64,000 nucleotides of DNA from Acidimicrobiales bacterium (GTDB lineage: Bacteria; Actinomycetota; Acidimicrobiia; Acidimicrobiales; RAAP-2): contig DASXEU010000089.1 in the NCBI GenBank assembly GCA_036489935.1, positions 4,161 to 68,160 of the forward strand, given 5' to 3'. The notes below the pieces were generated by a model. That model had not been told where the DNA came from. It made no database searches and saw nothing but the letters and a program-made list of their open reading frames with translations. This document shows positions 40,641 to 50,196 of this stretch, piece by piece (positions within the stretch are counted from its first letter, which is position 1; the number at the start of each line of letters is the position of its first letter). The translations under genes were made by a program, and so were the position numbers.

Positions 40641-41126
40641 GTGAGTATCCGAGACGCGAACGACGGCGACTGGGACGTGATCTACCCGTTCTTTGCAGCC
40701 ATTGTCGCGGCCGGCGACAGCTACGCCTATCCCGCAAATCTCACACGTGATGAAGCGCGTCCACTCTGGATGGAGGTAGAACCCGCGCGCACCATCGTGG
40801 CCGTGCGCGAGGGGCGTGTCGTTGGTTCCGCGAAGATGGGTCCCAATCGACCGGGTCGCGGAGCGCACGTGGCGTCTGCAAGCTTCATGGTCGATCCGAA
40901 CTATCAAGGTCACGGCATTGGTTCCGACCTTGGTCGCTACGTCGTGGACTGGGCGAGGGACGCGGGCTACTCGGCGATGCAGTTCAACGCTGTCGTCGAA
41001 ACGAACGTCGCGGCGGTGCGGCTGTGGCGAAGTTTGGGCTTTGAGATCCTTACGACGATCCCCGAGGCATTCGACCATCGCGAGCACGGCCTTGTCGGCT
41101 TACATGTCATGTATCTGAAGCTCTGA
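40641..41126 (+). CDS. GNAT N-acetyltransferase
   Basis: GDSYAY, G.HVA.ASFMV, QGHGIG, MQFNAVVETN..A..LW.SLGF; TACTCT-N6-GTG. Confidence 0.88.
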   Translation: MSIRDANDGDWDVIYPFFAAIVAAGDSYAYPANLTRDEARPLWMEVEPARTIVAVREGRVVGSAKMGPNRPGRGAHVASASFMVDPNYQGHGIGSDLGRYVVDWARDAGYSAMQFNAVVETNVAAVRLWRSLGFEILTTIPEAFDHREHGLVGLHVMYLKL

Positions 41127-41204
41127 ATCGATGCGCTTCGCAGTGCTCATAGCCTGCCCCCTACTTGACAAGACCCACGTCGTCACATAAGGTGCCTGAC
41201 ACTT

Positions 41205-41232
41205 ATTGGAACTTAGTTCCAATTATTGGAAC
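41205..41232. promoter_or_regulatory. Operator (three GGAAC half-sites) upstream of sugar ABC operon, probable IclR site
   Basis: ATTGGAAC-tta-GTTCCAA-tta-TTGGAAC; TTGACA at 41165. Confidence 0.7.
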
Positions 41233-41245
41233 AACAGGGGGCGTC

Positions 41246-42604
41246 ATGGTTAGTCTCAAGGGGAAAGGGTGGCAGACCTCTCGTTGCCGCCGGTTGGCTG
41301 CAGTGGGACTCGCACTCGCGACGCTCACTGGCGTTGGACTCGTCGCGACCGGAGCGGGCGCGAGCTCGAAGGTCACGATCACGATTTGGAACGACCCATT
41401 GGCGGCCGGGTCGGTGGGCGTGGCACCGTCCAAGTCGTTCCTCACAAAGGGCGTCAATCTCTTCGAGAAGGCGAACCCCAACATCAATGTGAAGATCGTC
41501 CAAGAGCCAATGGCGTCATCGACTGCTTTTGACACCCTGCTCCAGTCCTCCGAGCTCGCGGGCACAACGCCCGACATCGGTCAGCTCTACGTGGGTGGTC
41601 AAGTGCTCCAGAACGCCAAGTTCTTGGATCCGCTCAACAAGCTCCTCGGCCAGGCCTACATCAACTCACTGACCGGCTGGCAGTTTGTGACAAAGAACTT
41701 TGCGACCAAGGGCACCGTGTACGCCGTGCCCTACGGCAAGGGCTACTACTACACCGTCTATTACAACAAGAAGGACTTCGCGAAGGCCGGCATTACGACG
41801 ACCCCGACGACCTGGACGGCGCTCGTCGCTGACGCCAAGAAGCTGAAGACCAAGGGCATCACGCCCTTTGAGTTCGGCGAGAAGGAAGGGTACTTCGGTG
41901 CGTGGACGATGGATGCCATGATGTCAATGCTTGACGGCAATCAGGGCGTCCTCAACATGTACACCGGTAAGTCGTCGCTCGACACGAATGAGTTGATTAA
42001 GCCGTACACGGCGTGGCACGGTCTCTACGCGGACGGGTTGACGAACTCGAACGCCGTGACGCTCACCTACACGACGGGTATCGCGAACTTCGCGGCGGGC
42101 GATGCTGCGATGACCATCACGGGTCAGTACTACGACACGCAGATCGCCGCGGGCCTCCACTCAAACGTGGGGCTGTTTCCGGTGCCTGCACTGACTGGAT
42201 CGAAGGACCCGAAGTCTCTGTCGGGCGGACCGAACAACGCTTACGTGATCTTCAAGAATTCGACGCACACCGCCGACGACGTGAAGCTCATCAAGTTTTT
42301 GACGACCACGCCGGTGCAGTTGGCGTCCGTGAACGAGCTCGGTCAGCTGCCGAACAACGTGGGCTTTACTCCGTCCGCTTCGTTTACCGCCGCGCAGCCC
42401 CTGTTGTCGGAATTGAACACGTTCATCTCGAAGGACCACTACGCGCTCGACGAGGCATTCGACAACATCATGCCGGGCAGCATTGACTCGTACTGGTACC
42501 AGACGAACAACGGTGCCTTCGCGGGGTCGTTGAGTCCCCAGAGCGCTGCGTCCAGCATGCAGTCCCAGATGAAGAGCTACCTGGCCACCGCCGCAACCGG
42601 ATGA
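41246..42604 (+). CDS. Carbohydrate ABC transporter substrate-binding protein
   Basis: Signal peptide, FEKANPNINV, PDI, YAVP......YYNK..F.KAGI...PTTW, F..G.AAM. Confidence 0.9.
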   Translation: MVSLKGKGWQTSRCRRLAAVGLALATLTGVGLVATGAGASSKVTITIWNDPLAAGSVGVAPSKSFLTKGVNLFEKANPNINVKIVQEPMASSTAFDTLLQSSELAGTTPDIGQLYVGGQVLQNAKFLDPLNKLLGQAYINSLTGWQFVTKNFATKGTVYAVPYGKGYYYTVYYNKKDFAKAGITTTPTTWTALVADAKKLKTKGITPFEFGEKEGYFGAWTMDAMMSMLDGNQGVLNMYTGKSSLDTNELIKPYTAWHGLYADGLTNSNAVTLTYTTGIANFAAGDAAMTITGQYYDTQIAAGLHSNVGLFPVPALTGSKDPKSLSGGPNNAYVIFKNSTHTADDVKLIKFLTTTPVQLASVNELGQLPNNVGFTPSASFTAAQPLLSELNTFISKDHYALDEAFDNIMPGSIDSYWYQTNNGAFAGSLSPQSAASSMQSQMKSYLATAATG

Positions 42605-42621
42605 GCCCCACGACGTTGACG

Positions 42622-42653
42622 CCGGAGTCGGTCGACCCGACGAACGACTCCGG
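42622..42653 (+). other. Intercistronic stem-loop after the binding-protein gene
   Basis: CCGGAGTCG...CGACTCCGG; typical position for an mRNA-stabilising or attenuating hairpin. Confidence 0.55.
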
Positions 42654-42665
42654 GGAGACAGCTAG

Positions 42666-43583
42666 ATGGTCTTAAAGTCCGACGTCGAGTCGAGCGAGGG
42701 ATCATCGGGAGCACCCGAGAGGACTCGTAAGCGACGCAACGTCTTTTCGTACGTCGCGTTGATACCCGCGGCGCTCTTGGTGCTCGGGCTCATGGTGCTG
42801 CCGATTGGCGCGACGATCTATCACAGCTTCACCAACTGGGATGGCGTCACCAGTGATTTCATTGGGTTCAAGAACTTTGAGCTGATCTTCCATAACCCGA
42901 TCATCGCGTCAGTTCTCGTCAATTCGCTGATCTTCTTAATCTCGGTGCCGCTCATCTTGGCGGCGTCGCTCGTGACGGCCGTGCTGGTCTACGAGAAGGT
43001 GCTCGGCTGGAAAGTCTTTCGATTCCTGTTCTTTATTCCAATGGTGCTATCTCCGGTCATCATCGGTGTGCTCTTCAGCACCTTCTTCCTGCCGGGTGGG
43101 ATCGTCGACGTGATCCTTCGCCCTGTCGGCCTCGGGAACTTCTCGTGGCTCGCGAATCCCTGGGCGGCTCGCTGGGTCGTCATCCTCGCGCTCGTCTGGG
43201 CCTCGTTCGGCTTTGGCATGGTCGTAATTCTTTCGGCGATGTCAACGGTCGATACGGCGCTCTATGACGCTGCGGCGATAGACGGTGCCTCCTGGTGGCG
43301 ACGGCTTCGCTCGATCACCATTCCAATGATCTCGGGATCGCTGCAGTTTTTGAGCGTCATCAACGTCATCTACACCTTCACGTCGCTGTTCGCCTTCGTC
43401 TTCGTGATCACCGCCGGCGGCCCCGGATTCTCGACAACCACCGTTGACTACTACACGTACATCACCACTTTTGAGAACGGCCAGTTCGGCTACGGCGCCG
43501 CGCTCGCGTTGCTCTTGTTTCTGATCGTCCTCACCCTCACGGTCGCCCAGGTGAAGCTCTTTCCCAACCGTGAAGTTCAGTAG
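42666..43583 (+). CDS. Carbohydrate ABC transporter permease
   Basis: SFTNWDG...FIGFKNF, LYDAAAIDGAS.W......ITIP. Confidence 0.92.
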   Translation: MVLKSDVESSEGSSGAPERTRKRRNVFSYVALIPAALLVLGLMVLPIGATIYHSFTNWDGVTSDFIGFKNFELIFHNPIIASVLVNSLIFLISVPLILAASLVTAVLVYEKVLGWKVFRFLFFIPMVLSPVIIGVLFSTFFLPGGIVDVILRPVGLGNFSWLANPWAARWVVILALVWASFGFGMVVILSAMSTVDTALYDAAAIDGASWWRRLRSITIPMISGSLQFLSVINVIYTFTSLFAFVFVITAGGPGFSTTTVDYYTYITTFENGQFGYGAALALLLFLIVLTLTVAQVKLFPNREVQ

Positions 43584-43594
43584 GGGTCCTAGCT

Positions 43595-44416
43595 ATGCAG
43601 TCACGAATCTCCCGCGGCCTGGTCTTCGTAGTACTGACATTGGTAGGGATCTCGACGGTGTATCCGCTGCTGTTCATGGCGCTCAACTCGATGCGAACGT
43701 CCCAGGCCTACGAGGTCAACCCGTTTGGTCTGCCGACGCACTGGTCGCTCGCGAGCTATCACTCGCTGTTCTCCCAGATTCCCTTTCTGCAGAGCATCCT
43801 TCACTCGTTCATCGTGGTTGTGCCCGCAGTGTTGCTCGCGACCTTTGCCTCGTCACTCGCCGCGTTCGTCTTCACGAAGGTGCCCATCAAGGCCGGCAAC
43901 GTGCTGTTTTGGACGATGTTGATGATCATGTTCATGCCGGGCATTGTCGTGCTGCTGCCGCTTTACGTGGAAGTTGCACGAACCGGCCTCGCCAACAACT
44001 TCGCACCGGCGATCCTCATCTACACCGCGATCAACATCCCCTACGGGACGTACCTGCTGCGTTCGAACTTCCGCTCGATTCCCAACTCGGTCGTCGAAGC
44101 GGCGCGGGTTGATGGTGCGAGCTGGTTCAAGGTCTACTGGCGCGTGATCTTGCCCATTGGCAAGCCCGCGATCATCACCGTCGGCATCCTCACCTTCCTC
44201 AACATCTGGAACGACCTCTTCATCAGTCTCGTGCTCCTGCATGCGCCGAACACCGAGATGGTGACGCCGACGCTCGCTCAGCTCAGTGGAAAGTTCACCT
44301 CGGACATTCCGGTCTTGATGGCGGGCCTGCTACTCGGCGCGCTCCCCACGTTGATCTTGTACTTAGTGACGGCGCGTGTCTTTATCCGCGGCATGCTCTC
44401 GGGGGCGGTTCGATGA
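43595..44416 (+). CDS. Carbohydrate ABC transporter permease
   Basis: IPNSVVEAARVDGAS, F..IWND, GMLSGAV. Confidence 0.92.
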   Translation: MQSRISRGLVFVVLTLVGISTVYPLLFMALNSMRTSQAYEVNPFGLPTHWSLASYHSLFSQIPFLQSILHSFIVVVPAVLLATFASSLAAFVFTKVPIKAGNVLFWTMLMIMFMPGIVVLLPLYVEVARTGLANNFAPAILIYTAINIPYGTYLLRSNFRSIPNSVVEAARVDGASWFKVYWRVILPIGKPAIITVGILTFLNIWNDLFISLVLLHAPNTEMVTPTLAQLSGKFTSDIPVLMAGLLLGALPTLILYLVTARVFIRGMLSGAVR

Positions 44417-45156
44417 TGACGGCAACCTGGAACGGCGCGGTGGTGGTCACGGGAGCGGCGAACGGCATTGGTCGGGCCGTCGCCCAGCGTCTGCACTTCG
44501 ACGGACGTACGGTCATCGGCGTCGACCGAGTGGGACGCTACGACGCTCCCTTTGCCATGGAGAGTCTCGATCTGTCCGAGCTCGATGCGATCGCTCCGTG
44601 CCTCCACCAGATCGAAGAGACCTACGGCCCGTTGACTGCTCTCGTCAACGTGGCAGGCATCTACGAGCGCATCGATCCGGCCTCGTTTTCTCTCGACACC
44701 TATCGACGCGTTCTTACCGTCGACCTCGACGCACCCATCGTGATGGCGGCAGCGGCCGCAGAGTTGATGGCGAGCCGAGGATACGGCCGCATCGTCAACG
44801 TCACGAGCATCCACGGAGAGTTCGGCGAACGTGGCGGACTTGCCTACGACGTCGCCAAGGGCGGGCTCAATCAGGCGACGCGAACGCTCGCCCTCGAATA
44901 TGCGGACCGGGGCGTCCTCTGCAACGCCGTCGCTCCCGGATTTGTCGACACCGAGATGGCGATGGTGGGCGGCGTACTCGAGTCGACGACGGACGCCTTT
45001 CGCCGGATCTACGTCGATGCGGGCAAGCTGCCACTCGGTCGCGCGGGCACCCCCGACGACATTGCGGGGCTCGTCGCATGGCTCTGCTCCTCTGACAACA
45101 CGTACGTGACCGCCCAGGTCATTCGCATTGACGGCGGACTCACGGCGACGTTCTAG
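44413..45156 (+). CDS. SDR family oxidoreductase
   Basis: TGAANGIG, VNVAG, S..G, YDVAK, APG.VDT, IDGG. Confidence 0.9.
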   Translation: MMTATWNGAVVVTGAANGIGRAVAQRLHFDGRTVIGVDRVGRYDAPFAMESLDLSELDAIAPCLHQIEETYGPLTALVNVAGIYERIDPASFSLDTYRRVLTVDLDAPIVMAAAAAELMASRGYGRIVNVTSIHGEFGERGGLAYDVAKGGLNQATRTLALEYADRGVLCNAVAPGFVDTEMAMVGGVLESTTDAFRRIYVDAGKLPLGRAGTPDDIAGLVAWLCSSDNTYVTAQVIRIDGGLTATF

Positions 45157-45201
45157 AGAGACATACCAATGCCATCGACCACAACATCAGCTACCATCCC
45201 A

Positions 45202-45226
45202 GTTTCGGATACCGGAACACTGTTCC
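45202..45226. promoter_or_regulatory. Second copy of GGAAC operator upstream of iclR
   Basis: GTTTC-N7-GGAAC-act-GTTCC, same spacing as the reverse complement of the 41208-41232 site. Confidence 0.65.
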
Positions 45227-45275
45227 CATTTCAGCGACACCTGGGTAGAGTGACCGTCTGGACGCGGGGGGTGCG

Positions 45276-46085
45276 ATGAAAGCCAGTCAAGTAAAGGACA
45301 TTGGTTCCTCGAGCGAGGTGAAGAGTTTGAGCGGTGCCGAGCGAGTGCTCGCCACGCTCACCGTGCTCGGTTCCTACCCCGAGGGCATTGGCCTCAACGA
45401 GCTTGCTCGAGCGCTCAACGCGCCGCGATCGAGCGTGCATCGAGCACTCGCGGTCTTGCGTAAGGCGGACCTGATTGAACAGGATCGCGACAGCCGCTAC
45501 CGCCTGGGTTATGGGCTCTTGAAGCTCGCCTTCTCGTACTACGAGGAGCTCGATGAGGTCAGTCGCATCCGACCGATGCTCTCGGCGCTCGCAGAGCGCT
45601 TCGGTGAGACGAGTCATTACGCGATCTTGGACGGCGCCGAAGTGGTCTACCTCGCCAAGGTGCAACCCGCAGCATCGCGCTATCAAATGACGTCGGTCAT
45701 CGGTGGCCGCAATCCCGCGTACTGCACGGGCGTCGGCAAGGCCCTACTCGCCTACGCGCTGACCGACGAGGAGTCGGTGAACAAGTTCGTCGCGACGCAC
45801 GAGCCCGCACTCGTCCAACACACCGAACACACCATCACGACGACCGCGACCCTGCATCAGGAGCTGGGCCAGATCCGAGTGTCCGGCTACGCACTCGATC
45901 GCGAAGAGAACGAGCCCGGTATCAACTGCCTCGCGATTCCTCTGTTCTTGACGTCGAAGCTGGTGCCTGACGGTGCGGTCAGCATTACGGCAGTCGCCCA
46001 GCGACTTCCGCTTGAGCGCTTGGAAGCGTCCGTTGACGAAGCTCGCGAAATCGTTCGTGAATTCCTAGGGGAGGTTATGTCGTGA
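45276..46085 (+). CDS. IclR family transcriptional regulator
   Basis: GLNELARAL..PRSSVHR HTH, YRLG, GET, P.YCTGVGKALLA, GYALDREE...G..CLA.P. Confidence 0.93.
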   Translation: MKASQVKDIGSSSEVKSLSGAERVLATLTVLGSYPEGIGLNELARALNAPRSSVHRALAVLRKADLIEQDRDSRYRLGYGLLKLAFSYYEELDEVSRIRPMLSALAERFGETSHYAILDGAEVVYLAKVQPAASRYQMTSVIGGRNPAYCTGVGKALLAYALTDEESVNKFVATHEPALVQHTEHTITTTATLHQELGQIRVSGYALDREENEPGINCLAIPLFLTSKLVPDGAVSITAVAQRLPLERLEASVDEAREIVREFLGEVMS

Positions 46086-47200
46086 AGATCACCGAGATCG
46101 AGGCGCTGGTCCTGCGGGCGGGCGAGATTGACGTCTCGCGCGCCGATGGCACACAAGACGCCTTCCTTGTGCTCGTGCACACCGACGAGGGTCTCGTCGG
46201 ATACGGGGAAGGTGACACGTCCCCGTACGTAGCTCGCGAGATCGTGACAACGCCGTCCTCGCACGCCATCGCGCGCGGTCTTCGTGACGTGTTGATTGGC
46301 CAGGATCCTCTGCGGGTGCGGCCTCTGTGGGACGAGATGTTCCTCGCGAGCTACCACTACGGGCGTGACGGTGCGGCGCTGCACGCAATGAGCGCTCTCG
46401 ACATGGCGCTCTGGGATCTGCTCGGGAAGGCCTCGGGACTCTCCGTCACCCAATTGCTCGGCGGTGAAGAGTCGCGCGAGATCGAGATCTACGCGAGCGA
46501 GGTCATGCCCGAGACCCCCGACGAAGTGACCGCACTCGCTCAACGCGTCGTCGACGAGGGGTTCCGCGCTCTCAAGCTCGGTTGGGGTCCCCTCGGACGA
46601 GATGTGGGTCGCGACGTCGAACTTGCGTCGGCGGCGAGGGCCGTGGTGGGACCCGATCGCAAACTCATGATCGATGGAGGCATGAATTACTCGCTGCGCA
46701 GCGCTCGCGAGTTCTGCCGGCGCACCGAATCGCTCAATCTCTTCTGGTTCGAAGAGCCGTTCGAGGCCGACGATCTCCGCTCGTACTCCTTATTGACAAG
46801 CTCGGTGGATCTGCGGATCGCTTGCGGCGAAGCGCATTCGAATACACCGCCCTTCCGCCAGCTCATCGAGGCCGGCGTGAGCATCCTCCAACCAGACCTC
46901 GGTCGCTGCGGGGGCTTCACGATCGCGCGCGATATCGCCGCCATGTGCCGCGAGTACTCCGCGAGCGCCGTGGTCATACCGCACTGCTTCTCGACGGACG
47001 TCCTACTGGCGGCGACCATGCAGCTTGTCGCCTCGCTCCCCGGCGAGCGACTGATCGAATATCCGGTCACCGCGTCCAAGCGCTCCGGCACGCTCCTGCG
47101 CTCACCTTTCGTTCCCCACGACGGGGTGCTGCGTCTTCCCGAAGGACCGGGTCTCGGCATTGACCTCGATTTTGACGAAGTGAAACGGCGGACCGTATGA
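46082..47200 (+). CDS. Mandelate racemase/enolase-superfamily acid-sugar dehydratase
   Basis: TDEG..G.GE, A.SA.DMALWDL.GK, MIDG, WFEEP, IACGE, QPD, PH. Confidence 0.88.
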   Translation: MKITEIEALVLRAGEIDVSRADGTQDAFLVLVHTDEGLVGYGEGDTSPYVAREIVTTPSSHAIARGLRDVLIGQDPLRVRPLWDEMFLASYHYGRDGAALHAMSALDMALWDLLGKASGLSVTQLLGGEESREIEIYASEVMPETPDEVTALAQRVVDEGFRALKLGWGPLGRDVGRDVELASAARAVVGPDRKLMIDGGMNYSLRSAREFCRRTESLNLFWFEEPFEADDLRSYSLLTSSVDLRIACGEAHSNTPPFRQLIEAGVSILQPDLGRCGGFTIARDIAAMCREYSASAVVIPHCFSTDVLLAATMQLVASLPGERLIEYPVTASKRSGTLLRSPFVPHDGVLRLPEGPGLGIDLDFDEVKRRTV

Positions 47201-47243
47201 CGAACGCACGACGAGTGATCTCGATGCTGAGAGAAGGAACATC

Positions 47244-48413
47244 ATGGCGTCAATATCGATAGAAAAGGTCTCCAAGATCTACCCGAATGGCTTTCAAGCC
47301 GTTGACGAGCTGGACTTCGAAGTCGCCGAGGGCGAGTTCATGGTCATGGTCGGACCCTCGGGGTGTGGCAAGACGACGGCGTTGCGCATGGTGGCCGGTC
47401 TCGAAGAGATCTCTTCGGGCACGCTGCGCATCGGCGATCAGGTGGCAAACCATTTGACGTCAAAGGAACGCGACGTTGCCATGGTGTTCCAGAACTACGC
47501 GCTCTATCCGCACATGTCGGTCGAGCAGAACATCGCCTTCGGGCTCAGCCTGCGCAAGACCCCAAAGGACGTGATCAAGCAGAAGGTCGGAGCAGCGGCA
47601 GAGATCCTCGGTCTTACCGATCTGCTCCAGCAGAAGCCCGGACTGTTATCGGGCGGCCAGCGCCAACGAGTGGCGATGGGGCGCGCGATTGTGCGCGAGC
47701 CGAAAATCTTCTTGATGGACGAGCCATTGTCGAACCTCGACGCGAAACTGCGCGTTCAGATGCGCACCGAGGTGCGACGGATTCAGCGTCGCATCGGCGT
47801 CGCAACGTTGTACGTCACCCACGACCAGACCGAGGCGATGACGATGGGCGACCGAGTCGCCGTGATGCGCCTCGGTGTTCTCCAGCAGTGCGACAAGCCT
47901 CAGGTGCTTTACGCAAAACCGAAAAATCTTTTCGTGGCGGCGTTCATCGGATCGCCCGCCATGAACCTCTTCGAAGCAACGCTGAGCGACGATGGCGACA
48001 CGGTGAGCGTCGGCTCGCAGTCTCTTGCTCTCGGACGCGCGGTGCATGAGGCCACTCCTGACTTGGCCCGGTACCGCGGGCGAAAGGTCATTGTCGGCTT
48101 TCGCGCCGAGGACCTTCCCGTCGCGACCGGTGAAACGAACGATGGCGTCGTCATGAAAGCGAAGGTCGAAGAGATCGAGGCGCTCGGTTCGGAGCTGCTC
48201 GTGCACTTCTCCATTGACGCGACGCGAATTGGCGGCGACGCCCGCGCCGCGAGCGTGGGGGAAGGTCTGGACATCGCTGCGATCGACATCGTGGGCGAGG
48301 GCGTGGCGCGCGTCGAACCGCGTGCGATGCTCCAGGTCGGCGGCGACGTTCTCTTCAAAGTCTTTCCCGAGCGCATGCACTTCTTTGATCCCGAGAGCCA
48401 GAACGCTATTTAG
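47244..48413 (+). CDS. Sugar ABC transporter ATP-binding protein (MsmK/UgpC-like)
   Basis: GPSGCGKTT, MVFQNYALYPHM, LSGGQRQR, MDEPLSNLDAKLR, FIGSPAMN. Confidence 0.95.
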   Translation: MASISIEKVSKIYPNGFQAVDELDFEVAEGEFMVMVGPSGCGKTTALRMVAGLEEISSGTLRIGDQVANHLTSKERDVAMVFQNYALYPHMSVEQNIAFGLSLRKTPKDVIKQKVGAAAEILGLTDLLQQKPGLLSGGQRQRVAMGRAIVREPKIFLMDEPLSNLDAKLRVQMRTEVRRIQRRIGVATLYVTHDQTEAMTMGDRVAVMRLGVLQQCDKPQVLYAKPKNLFVAAFIGSPAMNLFEATLSDDGDTVSVGSQSLALGRAVHEATPDLARYRGRKVIVGFRAEDLPVATGETNDGVVMKAKVEEIEALGSELLVHFSIDATRIGGDARAASVGEGLDIAAIDIVGEGVARVEPRAMLQVGGDVLFKVFPERMHFFDPESQNAI

Positions 48414-48415
48414 GG

Positions 48416-49327
48416 GTGAGTGTTCGTTCCGCGTCCGCGAGGGTGGTCCTCCAATCCGAGGAATTGTCGATTGCGGTCCTGGCCGAACGGGGTGGAAAGA
48501 TCATCAGTCTTTTTGACCGTGCGCGCGCCCGCGAGTGGCTCGTCGTGGCCGACCATGACCTGAGTGGTCCCGCTGACGGGTCGAAGACCTACGACGAAGG
48601 CGACCTCTGTGGCTGGGATGAGATGCTGCCGACAATCACGGCGTGTCGCCTACCGGGCACCGACATCGAGCTGCCCGATCACGGCGAGCTGTGGCGAGGA
48701 TCGTGGGACCTCGTCGCCGAGTCGTCCACGTCCGTCACGATGTGCATCTCAAGCGATCTCGGATACACCTTCGAGCGAACGATAACGCTCGAAGGGGCGG
48801 CGCTCGTTGTCGATTATCGAGCGCTCGCTACGGGAACCCGAACCCTGGAGCTACTCTGGGCCGCTCATCCCTTCGTCGCGCTTCGACCCGACACTCGGCT
48901 TGTGGTCGAGGGCGCGGATGAGTTCATCGAAGTGACTGCCTCCGGTGAGCGAGCACCCTTCGAGTGGCCCGTCGACGGTCTCGTGGTTGAAGAGGTTATT
49001 GCTCCTTTGAGTGGACGCAAGCTTTTCGCTCGCGCGAGCGAGGAGCGAGTGAGCGTGTCGTTCATCGACACCGATGGCGCCACGCTCGCGTGGAGCTGGT
49101 CGTCGAGTGATGCGCCATGGCTCGGACTCTGGCTCGACAACGCGTCGCTCTCAGAACACGTTGTGGCGGCGGTCGAACCCACGAACGCAGGCGATGACTC
49201 GCTCGAAGTGGCATCCTCGGCCGATCAGTCATGGGTACTTGCTCCGCACGAAGAGCGGCGCTGGCGTCTTTACGTCAGCGTGTTGAGCGAGCTCGCTGGC
49301 AAAGAGCGCCAAGAACGAACCAAGTGA
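48416..49327 (+). CDS. Galactose mutarotase-like (aldose epimerase) protein
   Basis: GGKI.SL, GWDEMLP, DHGELW, WAAHP, A.EP. Confidence 0.75.
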   Translation: MSVRSASARVVLQSEELSIAVLAERGGKIISLFDRARAREWLVVADHDLSGPADGSKTYDEGDLCGWDEMLPTITACRLPGTDIELPDHGELWRGSWDLVAESSTSVTMCISSDLGYTFERTITLEGAALVVDYRALATGTRTLELLWAAHPFVALRPDTRLVVEGADEFIEVTASGERAPFEWPVDGLVVEEVIAPLSGRKLFARASEERVSVSFIDTDGATLAWSWSSSDAPWLGLWLDNASLSEHVVAAVEPTNAGDDSLEVASSADQSWVLAPHEERRWRLYVSVLSELAGKERQERTK

Positions 49328-49337
49328 AGGGAAACTA

Positions 49338-50186
49338 ATGAGGTATCTACGAGTGGGGGAGCCGGGCAGTGAACGCGCGGCGGTGATGGCGCCTGACGGC
49401 AGGGTGCTGGGTCTCCCCGAAGGTTTCGGCGATTTCGACTCGGCCTTTTGGTCGAGTGATGGGCCCGCTCGCGTGAGCGAGATCGTCGCCAGTGGTTCCC
49501 TAAATGAGGTGGAGAGCTCCGCGCGCATTGGGGCGCCCATCGCGAAGCCGGAAAAGATTGTCTGCATTGGACTCAACTACCGCGACCACGCAGAAGAGAC
49601 CGGCAGTCCGATACCGAATGAGCCGATCATCTTTATGAAAGCTCCTAACTGCATGGTCGGTCCGCGCGATGGGGTGCTCATCCCGCGAGGCTCGGTCAAG
49701 ACGGACTGGGAAGTCGAGCTCGGGGTAGTCATTGGGCAACGCGCCCGTTATCTGGAAAGCCCCGAGTCGGCTCGCGAGGTCATCGCGGGTTACGCCCTTT
49801 CACATGACGTGTCCGAGCGAGAGTTTCAGATCGAGCGTGGGGGACAGTGGGATAAGGGCAAGTGCGCCGAGACCTTCAACCCACTCGGTCCGTGGCTCGT
49901 CACGCCTGACGAGATCGCCGATCCGCAGAATCTTCGTCTCACGCTCAGCGTGAACGGCGTGGTTCGCCAAGACGGCACCACCGCCGACATGATCTTCCCG
50001 GTCGACTATCTCGTGTGGTACTTGAGCCAGTTCATGGTGCTTGAGCCCGGCGACCTCATCAATACGGGCACGCCCGCGGGCGTCTCATTAGGTCACGACG
50101 ACGTGCCGTACCTGAAGGCGGGGGACGTCGTTGAACTCGCGATTGACGGTCTCGGCAGCCAGCGCAGCGAACTGTCACGGGCGTAA
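49338..50186 (+). CDS. Fumarylacetoacetate hydrolase family protein (2,4-diketo-3-deoxy-aldonate hydrolase-like)
   Basis: KIVCIGLNY.DHA.E, DWEVEL, DVSER.FQ.ERGGQWDKGK, TGTPAGV. Confidence 0.9.
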   Translation: MRYLRVGEPGSERAAVMAPDGRVLGLPEGFGDFDSAFWSSDGPARVSEIVASGSLNEVESSARIGAPIAKPEKIVCIGLNYRDHAEETGSPIPNEPIIFMKAPNCMVGPRDGVLIPRGSVKTDWEVELGVVIGQRARYLESPESAREVIAGYALSHDVSEREFQIERGGQWDKGKCAETFNPLGPWLVTPDEIADPQNLRLTLSVNGVVRQDGTTADMIFPVDYLVWYLSQFMVLEPGDLINTGTPAGVSLGHDDVPYLKAGDVVELAIDGLGSQRSELSRA

Positions 50187-50196
50187 AGGGGAAACG

